From an uncultured Bacteroidales bacterium (GTDB lineage: Bacteria > Bacteroidota > Bacteroidia > Bacteroidales > JAAYJT01), in assembly GCA_964550455.1 (NCBI GenBank), contig CAZJZG010000005.1, forward strand, positions 15,008-79,007: a stretch of 64,000 nt of DNA. The letters are read 5' to 3'. Of the stretch, positions 21,217-32,309 are shown piece by piece. A program made the position numbers and the translations under genes. Below the pieces are notes generated by a model. It searched no databases. It saw only the letters and a program-made list of their open reading frames with translations, and was not told the DNA's origin. Numbering within the stretch: position 1 is the first letter of the stretch; every line of letters starts with the position of its first letter.

Positions 21217-22021
21217 CTTCGATATGGATTTTTTTATCGGCATTTTTTATCATTGTGAGATCATTCTTTTGAAGTATCTCTCTTGCCAGATTAAGGTAAT
21301 TGATGGCACCGGTACTGTTTACATCGTGCATCATTATGGATTCTCCAAAGCTTGGTGCTTCGCTCAAACGTATATTACGGTTTATGATAGTGTTAAAAAC
21401 CATTTGCTGGAAATGTGCTTTTACTTCTTCAACCACCTGGTTTGAAAGACGTAAGCGTGAGTCGTACATAGTGAGCAATATGCCTTCAATATCAAGCGAA
21501 GGATTCAGTCTTGACTGTACAATCTTAATTGTGTTAAGCAGTTTACCTAATCCTTCAAGAGCAAAATACTCGCACTGTACGGGAATGATCACTGAATCAG
21601 CGGCTGCTAAAGCGTTAACTGTTATTAAACCTAAGGAAGGACCACAGTCAATAATAATGAAATCGTAATCTTCACGAAGGTTATCAGTCAGCTTTTTCAT
21701 CATCTTCTCACGATTCGGAAGATTGATCATTTCAATTTCAGCACCTACCAGATCAATATGGGCAGGTACGAGATCAAGATTGGGAGTTTTAGTATTTAAA
21801 ATTATATTTTTAGGGTCAACCCCATCAATAATACATTCGTAAATACTGGTTTTGATATTTTTGGGATCAAATCCTACCCCTGAAGTTGAATTAGCCTGAG
21901 GATCAGCATCAATAAGCAGGGTTTTATATTCGAGTATTGCAAAACCTGCACCGAGATTAATGGCTGTTGTAGTTTTACCTACCCCGCCTTTTTGATTGGC
22001 TATGGTGATTACTTTTCCCAT
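21206..22021 (-). CDS. parA: chromosome partitioning ATPase ParA/Soj
   Basis: 271 aa with the deviant Walker A motif NQKGGVGKTTTAINL. Confidence 0.9.
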   Translation of the reverse strand: MGKVITIANQKGGVGKTTTAINLGAGFAILEYKTLLIDADPQANSTSGVGFDPKNIKTSIYECIIDGVDPKNIILNTKTPNLDLVPAHIDLVGAEIEMINLPNREKMMKKLTDNLREDYDFIIIDCGPSLGLITVNALAAADSVIIPVQCEYFALEGLGKLLNTIKIVQSRLNPSLDIEGILLTMYDSRLRLSNQVVEEVKAHFQQMVFNTIINRNIRLSEAPSFGESIMMHDVNSTGAINYLNLAREILQKNDLTMIKNADKKIHIEDEF

Positions 22022-22213
22022 CTTTACAGCAGGTTACTTTTTTTGTGTGAAACGTAAACAATTGAATGTCATCATGCTTTTTTCAGAAAAGCTTAGCGAC
22101 AAAAATACAATAATAATGTGAGCCTTGGGAAAAGGTTCTGTTTTTGTTAATAAGTTTTTGGGTTGTAGAACATTCAAATGCCTACTACGAAAGGATACTG
22201 AGGAATAATGAAA

Positions 22214-22573
22214 TTATTCTTCAGTTTTTCCTGTATCTTCGAAGTCAACTTCTGATTTTTTATCCTGATGCTGACCCTCTATATCTTCAGCAATTTCAGG
22301 TACTTTGCCTGTTTCAATAAACTCAATTACACCCTGTAGTCCTTCAATGAACTTACGAAAGTCTTCCTTGTAAAGAAAAATCTTATGTTTTTCATAGTAA
22401 AACTTACCCTGTTCATTACTGAACCGCCTTTTGCTTTCGGTTATAGTAAGATACTTTTCTTCGTTACGGGTTTCTTTTACATCAAAGAAATAAGTTCTTT
22501 TGCCGGCGCGAATTGCCAATGAAAATACTTCGTCTCTTCTTTCGCTACGTTCATTTACTTCCTTCTCTTCCAT
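22214..22573 (-). CDS. PUR-alpha-like DUF3276 nucleic-acid-binding protein
   Basis: 119 aa. VFSLAIRAGKRTYFFDVKETRNEEKYLTITESKR matches the DUF3276 pattern. Confidence 0.65.
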   Translation of the reverse strand: MEEKEVNERSERRDEVFSLAIRAGKRTYFFDVKETRNEEKYLTITESKRRFSNEQGKFYYEKHKIFLYKEDFRKFIEGLQGVIEFIETGKVPEIAEDIEGQHQDKKSEVDFEDTGKTEE

Positions 22574-22937
22574 TTTTCAACAATTTAGTTAACAAAATTC
22601 AAATCCAATCCGCAAAAATAAAAATATTATTGGTTTATAATCTTATTTAATATTTATTTATTCAATAAAAAATACTGAAATCTCATGTCAATTCTAAGAT
22701 ATTGTCTTTTTTCAGAACAATATATCAGACTGTTATAATGATCGTTAACAGATATGAAATTTAGCTTTCGTTGTTGGAATTAAACGCGAGTAAGTAAAAT
22801 TGACCGGTATGGATTTGGTTGGTATACAACACTAAAGTAGTATATTTGCAAATCTTTTTTGATTAAAATAGGTTGATTGTTTGATATTGGTTTGTTTTTT
22901 GATAATAAGAACAGGAATATAATTAATCGTGCAGATT

Positions 22938-23342
22938 ATGAATTTCAGCAGACTCCTTACAATATTTTTAGTTTTTTTCTTGTTTTCCGTACCTGTAATT
23001 ACTGCTCAGGACGAAGATTACGGGGCTAAGATCTCAAATCTTATTAATAAATCGAACACAAAAGAATTAGCCCAATATTTTAATTCTACAATTCAGTTAG
23101 TCCTTCCGGGTGATGAAGGTCGTTACAGTCGTGTTCAGGCTGAATTTATCATCAAGGATTTTTTCAACAATTATCCTCCTAAATCGTTTAATATCAATCA
23201 TCAGGGTTTATCGTCTGATGGTTCGGAATATTATATAGGAGATTATAAATCGGGCAAAAAAACTTTCAGGACTTACTTTCTTGTAAAAAAAATCAACGAT
23301 CAAAAACTTATACATCAGCTTCGTTTTGAGGAAGATAAATAA
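22938..23342 (+). CDS. DUF4783 domain protein (secreted)
   Basis: The ATG at 22938 gives MNFSRLLTIFLVFFLFSVPVITAQ. STIQLVLPGDEGRYSRVQAEFIIKDFFNNYPPKSF matches the DUF4783 pattern. A TATATTTG box sits at 22841-22848. Confidence 0.6.
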   Translation: MNFSRLLTIFLVFFLFSVPVITAQDEDYGAKISNLINKSNTKELAQYFNSTIQLVLPGDEGRYSRVQAEFIIKDFFNNYPPKSFNINHQGLSSDGSEYYIGDYKSGKKTFRTYFLVKKINDQKLIHQLRFEEDK

Positions 23343-23368
23343 GAAAACCTTTTCACATAATTATTGTC

Positions 23369-24340
23369 ATGAATTATTTTGTGCGGCTGTACAATAAATT
23401 TCTCGATAGTCCGCAAAGACGTTTATTGATTCGCTATCTGCGTAAAATAGTCATTCCGGGTTTTGACGGAATGCCATTTTATGATGTGATGAAGTTTTTT
23501 ATTACTGGTGCCATCAAAGGTTCGGTACCTGCCAGAGCATCGTCGGTTTCTTTCAGTTTCTTCATGGCTATGTTTCCTGCCATACTTGTTTTGTTTACTC
23601 TTATTCCTTACGTTCCTATAACAGGTTTTCAGGATTCGCTGATTGAACTGATGAAAGAACTGATCCCACAGCAAATATTTAGTACTGTTGAGGGTACATT
23701 GCTCGATATTGTGAATCGTCCGCGTGGTGGTCTGCTTTCAGTAGGATTCCTGCTCACACTTTATTTCTCCACCAATGGCGTGAACAGTATAATTGAAGCT
23801 TTTAACCAGACCTATCATACCATTGAAACCAGATCATTTTTAAGGCAACAACTGGTTTCCCTCATGCTTTTGTTCATTTTAGCAACTATTTTGATCCTTG
23901 CCATTGCGTTTATCACCATAGGTCCTATAGTTATAAACTGGTTGGATGCCAAAGGTTTCCTTAAAGGACGATTTACATACGAGATAATAGTGGCTACCAA
24001 ATGGCTGATTATTATTCTCATGTTTTTAATGATGTATTCCTTTCTTTATTACATGGCGCCGGCACGAAAAAAAGATTTCCGGTTTATCTCGGCAGGATCT
24101 ACTTTTGCATCGTTTAGCACTATTTTGACTAGCATTGGCTTTAATTTCTATGTAAATAATTTTAACCGCTACAATACTTTATATGGTTCAATAGGTACTT
24201 TACTTGTATTTCTGCTTTGGATTTATTTCAATTCAATTATTATACTGATTGGTTTTGAGTTAAATGCAAGCATTTCACAGGTGAAGCGTACCAGAAATTC
24301 CAATAATAGTGATAATAATGGTGTAAACCCGAAATCATAG
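23369..24340 (+). CDS. YihY/BrkB family membrane protein
   Basis: 323 aa, 6 TM-like helices. The SVSFSFFMAMFPAILV and YGSIGTLLVFLLWIYFNSIIILIGFELNA motifs are typical. Confidence 0.75.
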   Translation: MNYFVRLYNKFLDSPQRRLLIRYLRKIVIPGFDGMPFYDVMKFFITGAIKGSVPARASSVSFSFFMAMFPAILVLFTLIPYVPITGFQDSLIELMKELIPQQIFSTVEGTLLDIVNRPRGGLLSVGFLLTLYFSTNGVNSIIEAFNQTYHTIETRSFLRQQLVSLMLLFILATILILAIAFITIGPIVINWLDAKGFLKGRFTYEIIVATKWLIIILMFLMMYSFLYYMAPARKKDFRFISAGSTFASFSTILTSIGFNFYVNNFNRYNTLYGSIGTLLVFLLWIYFNSIIILIGFELNASISQVKRTRNSNNSDNNGVNPKS

Positions 24341-24393
24341 TCAATTGTATTGTGTAATTTCGCAATCTTTTTTAATCCCCTGATTTTAATATT

Positions 24394-25371
24394 ATGAAGC
24401 AAGGCAAAATAATCATAGCCGGTGCCGGCTCTATTGGCACAGCCCTTGGCAATGTACTTGCAGTCCGCTCTGATCTTGATATTAGACTATTGTCAATTGA
24501 AACAGATGTAGTTGAGTCTATTAATAATAATGGTGTTAACAGCAGATATTTTCCGGGTATTAAATTGCATCCCAGACTTAAAGCCATTGAGGAGAAAGCA
24601 AAAGTATCGGAAGCACAGGCTGTTTTCTTTGCTGTACCTTCAGTTGCTGTTAAAGAAGTAGCCGACGACCTCAAAAAATACCTGAATCCTGATGCCTTAC
24701 TTGTTAATCTGGCAAAAGGCTATGGAAATGGTTCAAAAACAGTTGCAGAGATCCTTAATTCATCTTTCTCAAATCCTGTAGCCAGTTTTAAAGGACCGGC
24801 ATTTGCCCGTGAACTGATAAATAATTCTCCGACCGGTTTTACCGTAGGAAGTAATAATGATGATGTCTTTGATTTTTTTAAGGAAATAATGCCGGGTACA
24901 ACCATTCACCTTGATTTTTCGGGCGACCTGCGTGGAGTGGAGCTTATTAGTATTTTAAAAAATATTTATGCCATTGCAATGGGTATAGTTGATGCCCATT
25001 TCGATTCGACTAACCTTCGTTTTATGGTGTTTACAAGAGCATTCAACGAGATACGGCTATTGATGAAAATCCTTGGCGGACAGGAAGAAACCATGTATCG
25101 TTATTGTGGGATAGGTGATTTCGGACTAACGGCTCTAAATGATCTTAGCCGGAACAGAACATTGGGTTTGTTGATAGGTAAAGGGTTCTTTACTGAATCA
25201 ATTTCAGATAAAGTGGTTCTGGAAGGTAAAATGGCAATACGTATTATTGGCAAAGAAATTACTGATAAAAATGAAAGTCTTGATAAAGTTCCGATATTCA
25301 GGGAGTTGCTGAAAATTTTCTCAGAACCTTATAATCTTACCCTATTTGTTAATAATATCCTTAAAGACTGA
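24394..25371 (+). CDS. gpsA: NAD(P)H-dependent glycerol-3-phosphate dehydrogenase
   Basis: 325 aa. It has a Rossmann N-terminus KIIIAGAGSIGTALGNVLA, NLAKG, and a C-terminal GpsA-like domain. Confidence 0.8.
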   Translation: MKQGKIIIAGAGSIGTALGNVLAVRSDLDIRLLSIETDVVESINNNGVNSRYFPGIKLHPRLKAIEEKAKVSEAQAVFFAVPSVAVKEVADDLKKYLNPDALLVNLAKGYGNGSKTVAEILNSSFSNPVASFKGPAFARELINNSPTGFTVGSNNDDVFDFFKEIMPGTTIHLDFSGDLRGVELISILKNIYAIAMGIVDAHFDSTNLRFMVFTRAFNEIRLLMKILGGQEETMYRYCGIGDFGLTALNDLSRNRTLGLLIGKGFFTESISDKVVLEGKMAIRIIGKEITDKNESLDKVPIFRELLKIFSEPYNLTLFVNNILKD

Positions 25372-25377
25372 TTTTTA

Positions 25378-26874
25378 TCATTTCTTATGAACAAGGAAGT
25401 TCCTGACTTTCATCAGGTATTTTACAATCAACTGGTTGGCTTCTTCCGAAATTTTAAAATAATAAACCAGAATTATAAAAATTGTACCAGTGAAAATACT
25501 GCGTATAAGAACATCCACATATACATTCATAATCTGGTTTATTGAAGCTGATATCAGCATTACAGCGAGAATAATGAAAGGAAGCCATAACTGTTTAAGA
25601 TGGAATGGCTGTATCCTGAAATGTATCTTTATGAAGATAATCCGGAGTATATTGAAAATTATAAGGCATATCATACTTGCAATAGCAGCGCCATTCATGC
25701 CAAAAAGGGGTATGAAGAAATAATTTGTGATTATAGCCAGAATCAGCAACCCAATGGTAAAGAAAAGATCGTATCTGTATTTGTTTGAGGTAAGGAGGAT
25801 AATGCCGTTAATCCCTGATGCCATGTCAAAAAGCCTGCCTATGCCAAGAAAGAGAAAAACATATTTACCGGCAGCATAATCAGCGGGCATAAAATAAAAC
25901 AGAGAATCAATATTCACCCAGATTAGTAAAAACAAGGCACCGCCAATAACCAGATTGCTTCCGGTAGTGCTTTTGTATAAATCTTCCATTTCGTTTAAAG
26001 CACGTTTTTTCCAGTAGTTTGCCACAACAGGCGTGGTAACTTTTATGATTGACCGGTATGGGATCAGTAAAATACTGGTAACAAAGATCATTGTAGTGTA
26101 AATACCGGCTGAATTTAAATCAATCATCTGCGCTACCATCAGCGAATCAATGCTTAACAGGATAAGATAGCTGAAGTTGTTAAGTACGGTAAATAATCCA
26201 TAAACCACTATGATTCTGATCAATCGCCGCCATAATGGTGAGAACGACAGTTTAAACTGCATCTGACCAATCAGCCATGTGTACAGAATGATCAGAACTG
26301 TGGGTAAACAGTTGGCTATGACATAAATAGCTACAAATTGCCGGAAATCAATCCATCCGAGAGCATAAACCGAGATGGAAATTGTTACAAACAGTCTTAA
26401 CCCAATTTCGTAAAGAAATGATGGGACGATGTTTTTATACAGGCTCCGCAGATAAGAGTCAAATATCTGATAATAAAGGGTTGCAAATGCCAGCGGGATA
26501 ATATAGAACGAATATTCAACAAGAAGGGGGCTGCTTTCAGAATAAAAATGCTGAAATGGCTTTTTTAATAGTAGAGCAATAAGGGTGCTTAAAATAAAAC
26601 CTGCAAAAGCAATTGCTGAAATTCCAAACAGAAAACCATGATGATGTTTCTCACGGTCATTAAAAAAAGGAAAAAACTTATAAATAATATTGGGCGAACC
26701 TATAGAAGCAAACTGAACATAAATGGTGGCAATGGTTATCAGCAGATTAGAAAGTCCTACCTGATCGGTTTCGAGGAAATTGGTGAACAGAAATATCTTG
26801 TTCACGTATCCTATTATAGCACCAACGTAGGCTATTATGGTGATTATTAAACTGTCGCGTTTTATAAAACTCAT
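25378..26874 (-). CDS. polysaccharide/oligosaccharide flippase (MOP superfamily, Wzx-like)
   Basis: 498 aa with about 12-14 TM helices. The architecture is typical of polysaccharide biosynthesis flippases. No sharper assignment is possible. Confidence 0.65.
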   Translation of the reverse strand: MSFIKRDSLIITIIAYVGAIIGYVNKIFLFTNFLETDQVGLSNLLITIATIYVQFASIGSPNIIYKFFPFFNDREKHHHGFLFGISAIAFAGFILSTLIALLLKKPFQHFYSESSPLLVEYSFYIIPLAFATLYYQIFDSYLRSLYKNIVPSFLYEIGLRLFVTISISVYALGWIDFRQFVAIYVIANCLPTVLIILYTWLIGQMQFKLSFSPLWRRLIRIIVVYGLFTVLNNFSYLILLSIDSLMVAQMIDLNSAGIYTTMIFVTSILLIPYRSIIKVTTPVVANYWKKRALNEMEDLYKSTTGSNLVIGGALFLLIWVNIDSLFYFMPADYAAGKYVFLFLGIGRLFDMASGINGIILLTSNKYRYDLFFTIGLLILAIITNYFFIPLFGMNGAAIASMICLIIFNILRIIFIKIHFRIQPFHLKQLWLPFIILAVMLISASINQIMNVYVDVLIRSIFTGTIFIILVYYFKISEEANQLIVKYLMKVRNFLVHKK

Positions 26875-27063
26875 TTGCTGAAAATAAAAGGCAAAGATAT
26901 TAAAAAGGCTATGGGATATACGAGCTTAGTAAAAGGTGTTTTAAACATTGCTCTGTTCAAAATAATGGGTTTCTGGCAGGCACTTATTCTGCAATCAGAA
27001 TAATCATTGCAAAGGATTTTCACGTTTTATGCGTTGTAAAGGCATCACTGTATTGATAAGGGG

Positions 27064-28344
27064 TTAATAATTGTATTTTTTATTCCATAGTGTCTGTAAT
27101 CTTTTCCTTAGCTCTTCTTCACGGGCATTATGCTGAGGGTCGTAAAATTTCATCCCTTCAAGTCCTTCAGGCAGATACTCCTGAGGATAAAAATTCATGT
27201 CGTAATCGTGCGAATATTTATAACCCTTACCGTAGCCAATTTCTTCCATAAGTTGTGTGGGCGCATTACGCAAATGCAGCGGAACAGCCGGATCGCCTGA
27301 TTTTTCAACTGCCTTCATAGCTTTGTTTAGAGCCATATACGAAGCATTGCTTTTGGGTGAACATGCAAGATAAATGGCAGTTTGCGACAGCATGAGACGA
27401 CACTCAGGGTAACCTGTTGAATGAACAGCCTGATAACAATTATTTGCAAGCAGAAGGGCATTGGGGTTTGCATTACCTATATCTTCCGAAGCAAGGATAA
27501 GCATGCGCCGGGCAATAAACGAAGGATCTTCGCCGGCTATTATCATACGGGCAAGCCAGTACACCGCTGCATTGGGGTCAGAACCACGTATTGATTTAAT
27601 GAAAGCTGATATAACATCGTAATGCATCTCACCGCCTTTGTCGTAAATAGCAAGGTTTTGCTGAATGACAAACTGAACCTTTTGATTATTGATGACAATA
27701 TTGCCTGCATCTTTGGGTTCTGACGCAACAATAAGGTCAATAGCATTTAAAAGTTTTCGGGCATCGCCACCCGAAATTCTTAGCAGCGCTTCATTTTCTT
27801 TGATTTCAATGACTTTTCCAGTGGTAATTCTTAAATGTTCAATGGCAAGTGTTGTCAGCTTCATCAGATTAGCCTTGTTCAGAGATTTAAGAATATAAAC
27901 CTGACATCGTGATATAAGCGGGGAAATGACTTCGAAAGACGGATTTTCAGTTGTGGCTCCTATAAGTGTTATAATTCCTTTTTCTACAGCTCCTAATAAT
28001 GAATCCTGCTGCGATTTGCTGAAACGATGGATCTCATCAATAAATAAAATAGCATTTCCATGATTTTCTTTAGCTGTGGAAATAACTTCCCTTATTTCTT
28101 TTACCCCCGAATTTATCGCACTAAGCGAGAAAAATGGTTTATTCAGTTGTTTTGAAATAATAAAAGCCAGAGTGGTTTTACCAACTCCGGGTGGACCCCA
28201 CAGTATCATTGAAGGAATAGTGCCCGAATCAATAGCTTTGCGGAGTATTGCTCCTGAGCCAACAAGATGCTCCTGACCTATAAATCCGTCCAGCGAATCA
28301 GGCCTTAGTTGCTCGGCAAGCGGAATGGTAGCTACGTTTTTCAT
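27064..28344 (-). CDS. rarA: replication-associated recombination protein A (AAA+ ATPase)
   Basis: The ATG at 28344 gives [15 protein letters not shown]. It has Walker [12 protein letters not shown], Walker [10 protein letters not shown], and a MgsA C-terminal domain with [26 protein letters not shown]. Confidence 0.9.
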   Translation of the reverse strand: MKNVATIPLAEQLRPDSLDGFIGQEHLVGSGAILRKAIDSGTIPSMILWGPPGVGKTTLAFIISKQLNKPFFSLSAINSGVKEIREVISTAKENHGNAILFIDEIHRFSKSQQDSLLGAVEKGIITLIGATTENPSFEVISPLISRCQVYILKSLNKANLMKLTTLAIEHLRITTGKVIEIKENEALLRISGGDARKLLNAIDLIVASEPKDAGNIVINNQKVQFVIQQNLAIYDKGGEMHYDVISAFIKSIRGSDPNAAVYWLARMIIAGEDPSFIARRMLILASEDIGNANPNALLLANNCYQAVHSTGYPECRLMLSQTAIYLACSPKSNASYMALNKAMKAVEKSGDPAVPLHLRNAPTQLMEEIGYGKGYKYSHDYDMNFYPQEYLPEGLEGMKFYDPQHNAREEELRKRLQTLWNKKYNY

Positions 28345-28448
28345 ATTGCCTGCCAAATTACTACTTTTTATGAAAGTTGTAACAGCAGTGTTGAAAAAGA
28401 ATGTTTCTTTTCAAAGTTGATTATCTTCGCAAATAAAAATTAAAACCT

Positions 28449-31268
28449 ATGATAACAAGGAATTCTCGTCTGATAGTTTTTCTGATATTCTCATTGATTA
28501 TAAAAAACGCTTTAACCCAGGTAGTTACAACCATGCCGGAATTTCCAACTGCTGATCAGGATTCGGTTATTGTGATCTTTGATGCCACCAAAGGCGATGG
28601 CGGCCTGGCTAATGTACCACCTCCGATTTATGCTCACACAGGTGTAATTACTAATATGAGCACCAGTCCTACCGACTGGAAATATGTAATTGCCGACTGG
28701 TCAACCAATACTGACAAAGCCCTGATGACGCCACTCGGCAACAATCTGTATCAGCTTGTGTTAAAGCCAACTGTCCGTGGTTTTTATAATGTTCCGGAAA
28801 ATGAGACCATACTCAGGATTGCATTCGTATTCAGGAATTCTGATGGTTCAAGAACAGGGCGTGAAAGCGATGGAAGCGATATTTTCTATGATATATACCC
28901 TCCGGGTTTAAATGTGAATATACAGTCGCCTGTAAACGGAGCGATTTATGAGCAGGGGCAAACGGTGGATATACAAGCTGCTTCAAATATGGCTGACAGT
29001 ATGTTCCTTTATGTGAATTCGGAACTTGTGAACCTGGAAGCCGGAAATAATATCAGTTACGGTTTCATTACTTCTACTCCCGGGACTCAGTGGATAAAAG
29101 TGATTGCAAAAAATGAAGATGATGCTATTGCCGATTCGGTTTATTTCTTTGTAAGAGGAGAAGTGCCGGTGGCGCCGCTTCCTGCCGGAGTCGTTAATGG
29201 TATCAATTATATGGATGAAAATACAGTAACCCTTGTGCTGCATGATCCTCCTGCCCTAAAACAATATGCTTTTGTGATTGGTGATTTCAATAACTGGATG
29301 GTTCATGACGATTTTTATATGAACCGTACTCCTGACGGGCAACATTTCTGGCTCATGATCAGTGATTTGCAACCCGGACAGGAATATATCTATCAGTACT
29401 ATATTGATGGAGAATTGCGACTGGCAGATCCATATTGCGAAAAAGTAAGTGATCCGTGGAACGATAAATGGATATCCGGTTATATTTACCCCGATCTGAT
29501 CCCTTACCCGACAGGAAAAACAACAGGTATTGCCTCAGTTATACAGACAGGGCAAAGTCCTTACGAATGGGAAGTTCAACAGTTTACACCGCCACTAAAG
29601 GATAATCTGATTATTTACGAACTCCATATTCGTGATTTTCTGGCTGCCCGCGATGTAAAGGTTCTTACTGACACACTTGACTATCTTCATAATCTGGGTG
29701 TGAACGCTATTGAATTAATGCCCATTAACGAGTTTGAAGGAAATGATTCATGGGGTTATAATCCTTCGTTTTATTTTGCAACTGATAAGGCTTACGGCAG
29801 AAAACAGGATTATCAGAAATTCATTGATGAATGTCATAAGCGTGGCATTGCAGTTATTCTTGACATGGTTTTTAACCATTCTTACGGACAATCGCCGCTT
29901 GTTCAGATGTACTTCAACCCTCATGCCGGTCAGTATGGTCAGCCTTCGGCAAGCAATCCCTGGTATAACCAGATTTGTCCTCATGAGCCCTGGTGCTGGG
30001 GTTATGATTTTAACCACCTTAGTGTTCATACACAGAATTTTATTGATCGTGCTAATGCTTTCTGGCTTACCGAGTTTAAAGCCGATGGTTTCAGATTCGA
30101 TTTTACAAAAGGTTTTACAAATGTGCAGACCGGCGGACAGGGCTGGGATTATGATGCTGCGAGAATAAGTATTTTAAAGCGAATGGCTGATAAAATCCGG
30201 GAAGTCAATCCTGAGGCATACATTATTCTGGAACATTTCACTGATAATAATGAGGAAAAGGAACTTGCAGAATATGGTATGATGATATGGGGAAATATGC
30301 ATGGTTCGTACCGCGATGCGATCAGGGGCACAAATTCGTATTCAAATTTCAACAGGGTTTCTTATAAAGCCAGGAACTGGAGTGTTCCAAATTTAATAGG
30401 TTATATGGAAAGTCATGATGAAGAGCGTCAGATGTACGAAAACCTGCAAAACGGCAATAAAAACAATCCTGAACATAATATACGTACTTTGTCAGTAGCG
30501 CTTAAGCGCATGGAGCTTGCGGCTATGTTCTTTTACCCGGTACCAGGACCTAAAATGTTATGGCAGTTTGGTGAACTGGGCTATGATGTTAGTATCAACT
30601 ATAACGGCAGGGTTGGGGCTAAGCCCGTGAAATGGGAGTATTACAGCGATTATCGCAGAAAATACCTCTATGACCTTAGCTCAGAGCTTATCCGGCTTAA
30701 AAAAGAGGAGCCGGTATTCAGTACTACCGATTTTGTATTGAATTTATCAGGTTCAGGAAAAAGTATTCAATTAAACCATGGAAGTATGAATGTGGTTATT
30801 GTAGGTAATTTCTCGGTGCAACCCAATGAAGTTACTCCTGGGTTTCAGCATACCGGATGGTGGTATGATCATTTTAAAGGAGATTCAATAAATGTTTCGG
30901 ACATAAATATGAGCATTTCTATGGGACCTGGCGAATACTACATGTTTACCGATAAACTCCTTGCAACTCCTCAGATAGGAACAGGCATATCTGAACCAGG
31001 GAAACCTGGTAACATTCCTCAGATGCAGGTGCTTCTTGAAAGAGAGAATGGTAATTATCTTATTCTGGTGAAAAAGAATTCACCCGGGGTTATGACCATT
31101 CATTTACTTGATCTGTCGGGAAGAGTTATTAAACAAATTGCAGGTGGTGAATTTGGAACAGGTGTTCTTGAATTTAAGCTTCATGCTGACGGTATAATTC
31201 CGGGCATTTATATTGTCCAGATAAATTCAGCAGAAGGCTCACAAAGCAGAAAAGTGCTGATTGACTGA
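28449..31268 (+). CDS. secreted GH13 alpha-amylase-family enzyme with T9SS C-terminal sorting domain
   Basis: 939 aa with a signal peptide. GH13 regions are DMVFNHS, GFRFDFTKG, ILEHF and YMESHDEER. The C-terminal ~80 aa ending GIYIVQINSAEGSQSRKVLID fits the Por/T9SS CTD pattern. Confidence 0.8.
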   Translation: MITRNSRLIVFLIFSLIIKNALTQVVTTMPEFPTADQDSVIVIFDATKGDGGLANVPPPIYAHTGVITNMSTSPTDWKYVIADWSTNTDKALMTPLGNNLYQLVLKPTVRGFYNVPENETILRIAFVFRNSDGSRTGRESDGSDIFYDIYPPGLNVNIQSPVNGAIYEQGQTVDIQAASNMADSMFLYVNSELVNLEAGNNISYGFITSTPGTQWIKVIAKNEDDAIADSVYFFVRGEVPVAPLPAGVVNGINYMDENTVTLVLHDPPALKQYAFVIGDFNNWMVHDDFYMNRTPDGQHFWLMISDLQPGQEYIYQYYIDGELRLADPYCEKVSDPWNDKWISGYIYPDLIPYPTGKTTGIASVIQTGQSPYEWEVQQFTPPLKDNLIIYELHIRDFLAARDVKVLTDTLDYLHNLGVNAIELMPINEFEGNDSWGYNPSFYFATDKAYGRKQDYQKFIDECHKRGIAVILDMVFNHSYGQSPLVQMYFNPHAGQYGQPSASNPWYNQICPHEPWCWGYDFNHLSVHTQNFIDRANAFWLTEFKADGFRFDFTKGFTNVQTGGQGWDYDAARISILKRMADKIREVNPEAYIILEHFTDNNEEKELAEYGMMIWGNMHGSYRDAIRGTNSYSNFNRVSYKARNWSVPNLIGYMESHDEERQMYENLQNGNKNNPEHNIRTLSVALKRMELAAMFFYPVPGPKMLWQFGELGYDVSINYNGRVGAKPVKWEYYSDYRRKYLYDLSSELIRLKKEEPVFSTTDFVLNLSGSGKSIQLNHGSMNVVIVGNFSVQPNEVTPGFQHTGWWYDHFKGDSINVSDINMSISMGPGEYYMFTDKLLATPQIGTGISEPGKPGNIPQMQVLLERENGNYLILVKKNSPGVMTIHLLDLSGRVIKQIAGGEFGTGVLEFKLHADGIIPGIYIVQINSAEGSQSRKVLID

Positions 31269-31317
31269 TTTGTTTCAGCATCAGTCTCTTACTTACCTGC
31301 CGGGATCAATTTAAAAC

Positions 31318-32160
31318 CTACATTGAAAGAATAAGTTGCAGGGTGAGTACGGCATCAAGTATATTTATTATACCGTCACCGTTTACATCGGCGAAATCAA
31401 AACAGAATGGCTGCGGGTTTGCCCCCAGAATATTATTGACAATAATGATCACATCCAGCACATTTATAACTTCATCGCAGTTTGCATCACCTTTCGAAGT
31501 GCTTATATAGCACCTGTCGTAATTTTCATTGTGATAAACAAGCTCATCGTTCTGGAAAAAACATGAGAGATGACTTCCATCTGGTACATCATGGGTTTGT
31601 AATCTGGTAATTGAAGGAAACAATGGACCATGAATACTTCCGATACCTTCGATCCATATTTCTATTAAGCCCATATTTGAAGTAACAATGGTATCAAATA
31701 TGATTCTGCGGCGATATTCATTGTTTATCATAATGCTGTCAATAGTATTTACGACCATGGGATGAATATTGGTACAGCTCCATCTGTAGAAAGTAGCCGT
31801 GTCGCCCGGCTGAATATTGAAATTATAGAGGGTGTCTTCACGGGGTTGATCAGGACGAAGCAGCATCACCACATTATTTTCCTCCCTTAGATATCCACGT
31901 AATGTATTGCCCGGTGAATCAGGTATGAACACAGGACTATCAGTTGAATACAACTTACCGTAGGTATAACCGTTCATTAATTTTTCGCCGTGATACTGAT
32001 ACTGAAATGTAGCATATCCATATCCGAAATTTGGGAACGAACCGGTAGGGAATTCTAAGATTTCATGCCAGTTTGCATTGTTAGCGGGAAATGGGAAATT
32101 TGATTGTGCTGAAGTAATAAGAAAGATAAATGAAGCAAGGAAAGTAAGAACTGTTTTCAT
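31318..32160 (-). CDS. secreted hypothetical protein with C-terminal dockerin-like (EF-hand type) repeats
   Basis: 280 aa with a signal peptide. The C-terminus DANCDEVINVLDVIIIVNNILG ... DVNGDGIINILDAVLTLQLIL shows two Ca-binding dockerin-type I-like segments. Confidence 0.6.
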   Translation of the reverse strand: MKTVLTFLASFIFLITSAQSNFPFPANNANWHEILEFPTGSFPNFGYGYATFQYQYHGEKLMNGYTYGKLYSTDSPVFIPDSPGNTLRGYLREENNVVMLLRPDQPREDTLYNFNIQPGDTATFYRWSCTNIHPMVVNTIDSIMINNEYRRRIIFDTIVTSNMGLIEIWIEGIGSIHGPLFPSITRLQTHDVPDGSHLSCFFQNDELVYHNENYDRCYISTSKGDANCDEVINVLDVIIIVNNILGANPQPFCFDFADVNGDGIINILDAVLTLQLILSM

Positions 32161-32309
32161 TCTCGCGTGATTTTTGGATTAATTTTGCAAAATATTCCTA
32201 ATTGTAAAATCGTAAACAAAATAACTTCAAATTGGTTCAAAATATAAGACCCGGATAAATATGTAATATCCGTTCATGTTTTTTTTGAACTACTATCAAC
32301 TTTGACTAT

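Noticed and set aside
20329-22930. A possible replication origin near parA-parB and the AT-rich gaps at 22022-22213 and 22574-22928
   Set aside because: There is no dnaA or dnaN gene in the window and I saw no cluster of DnaA-box-like 9-mers. AT-richness alone is normal for intergenic DNA in this genome.
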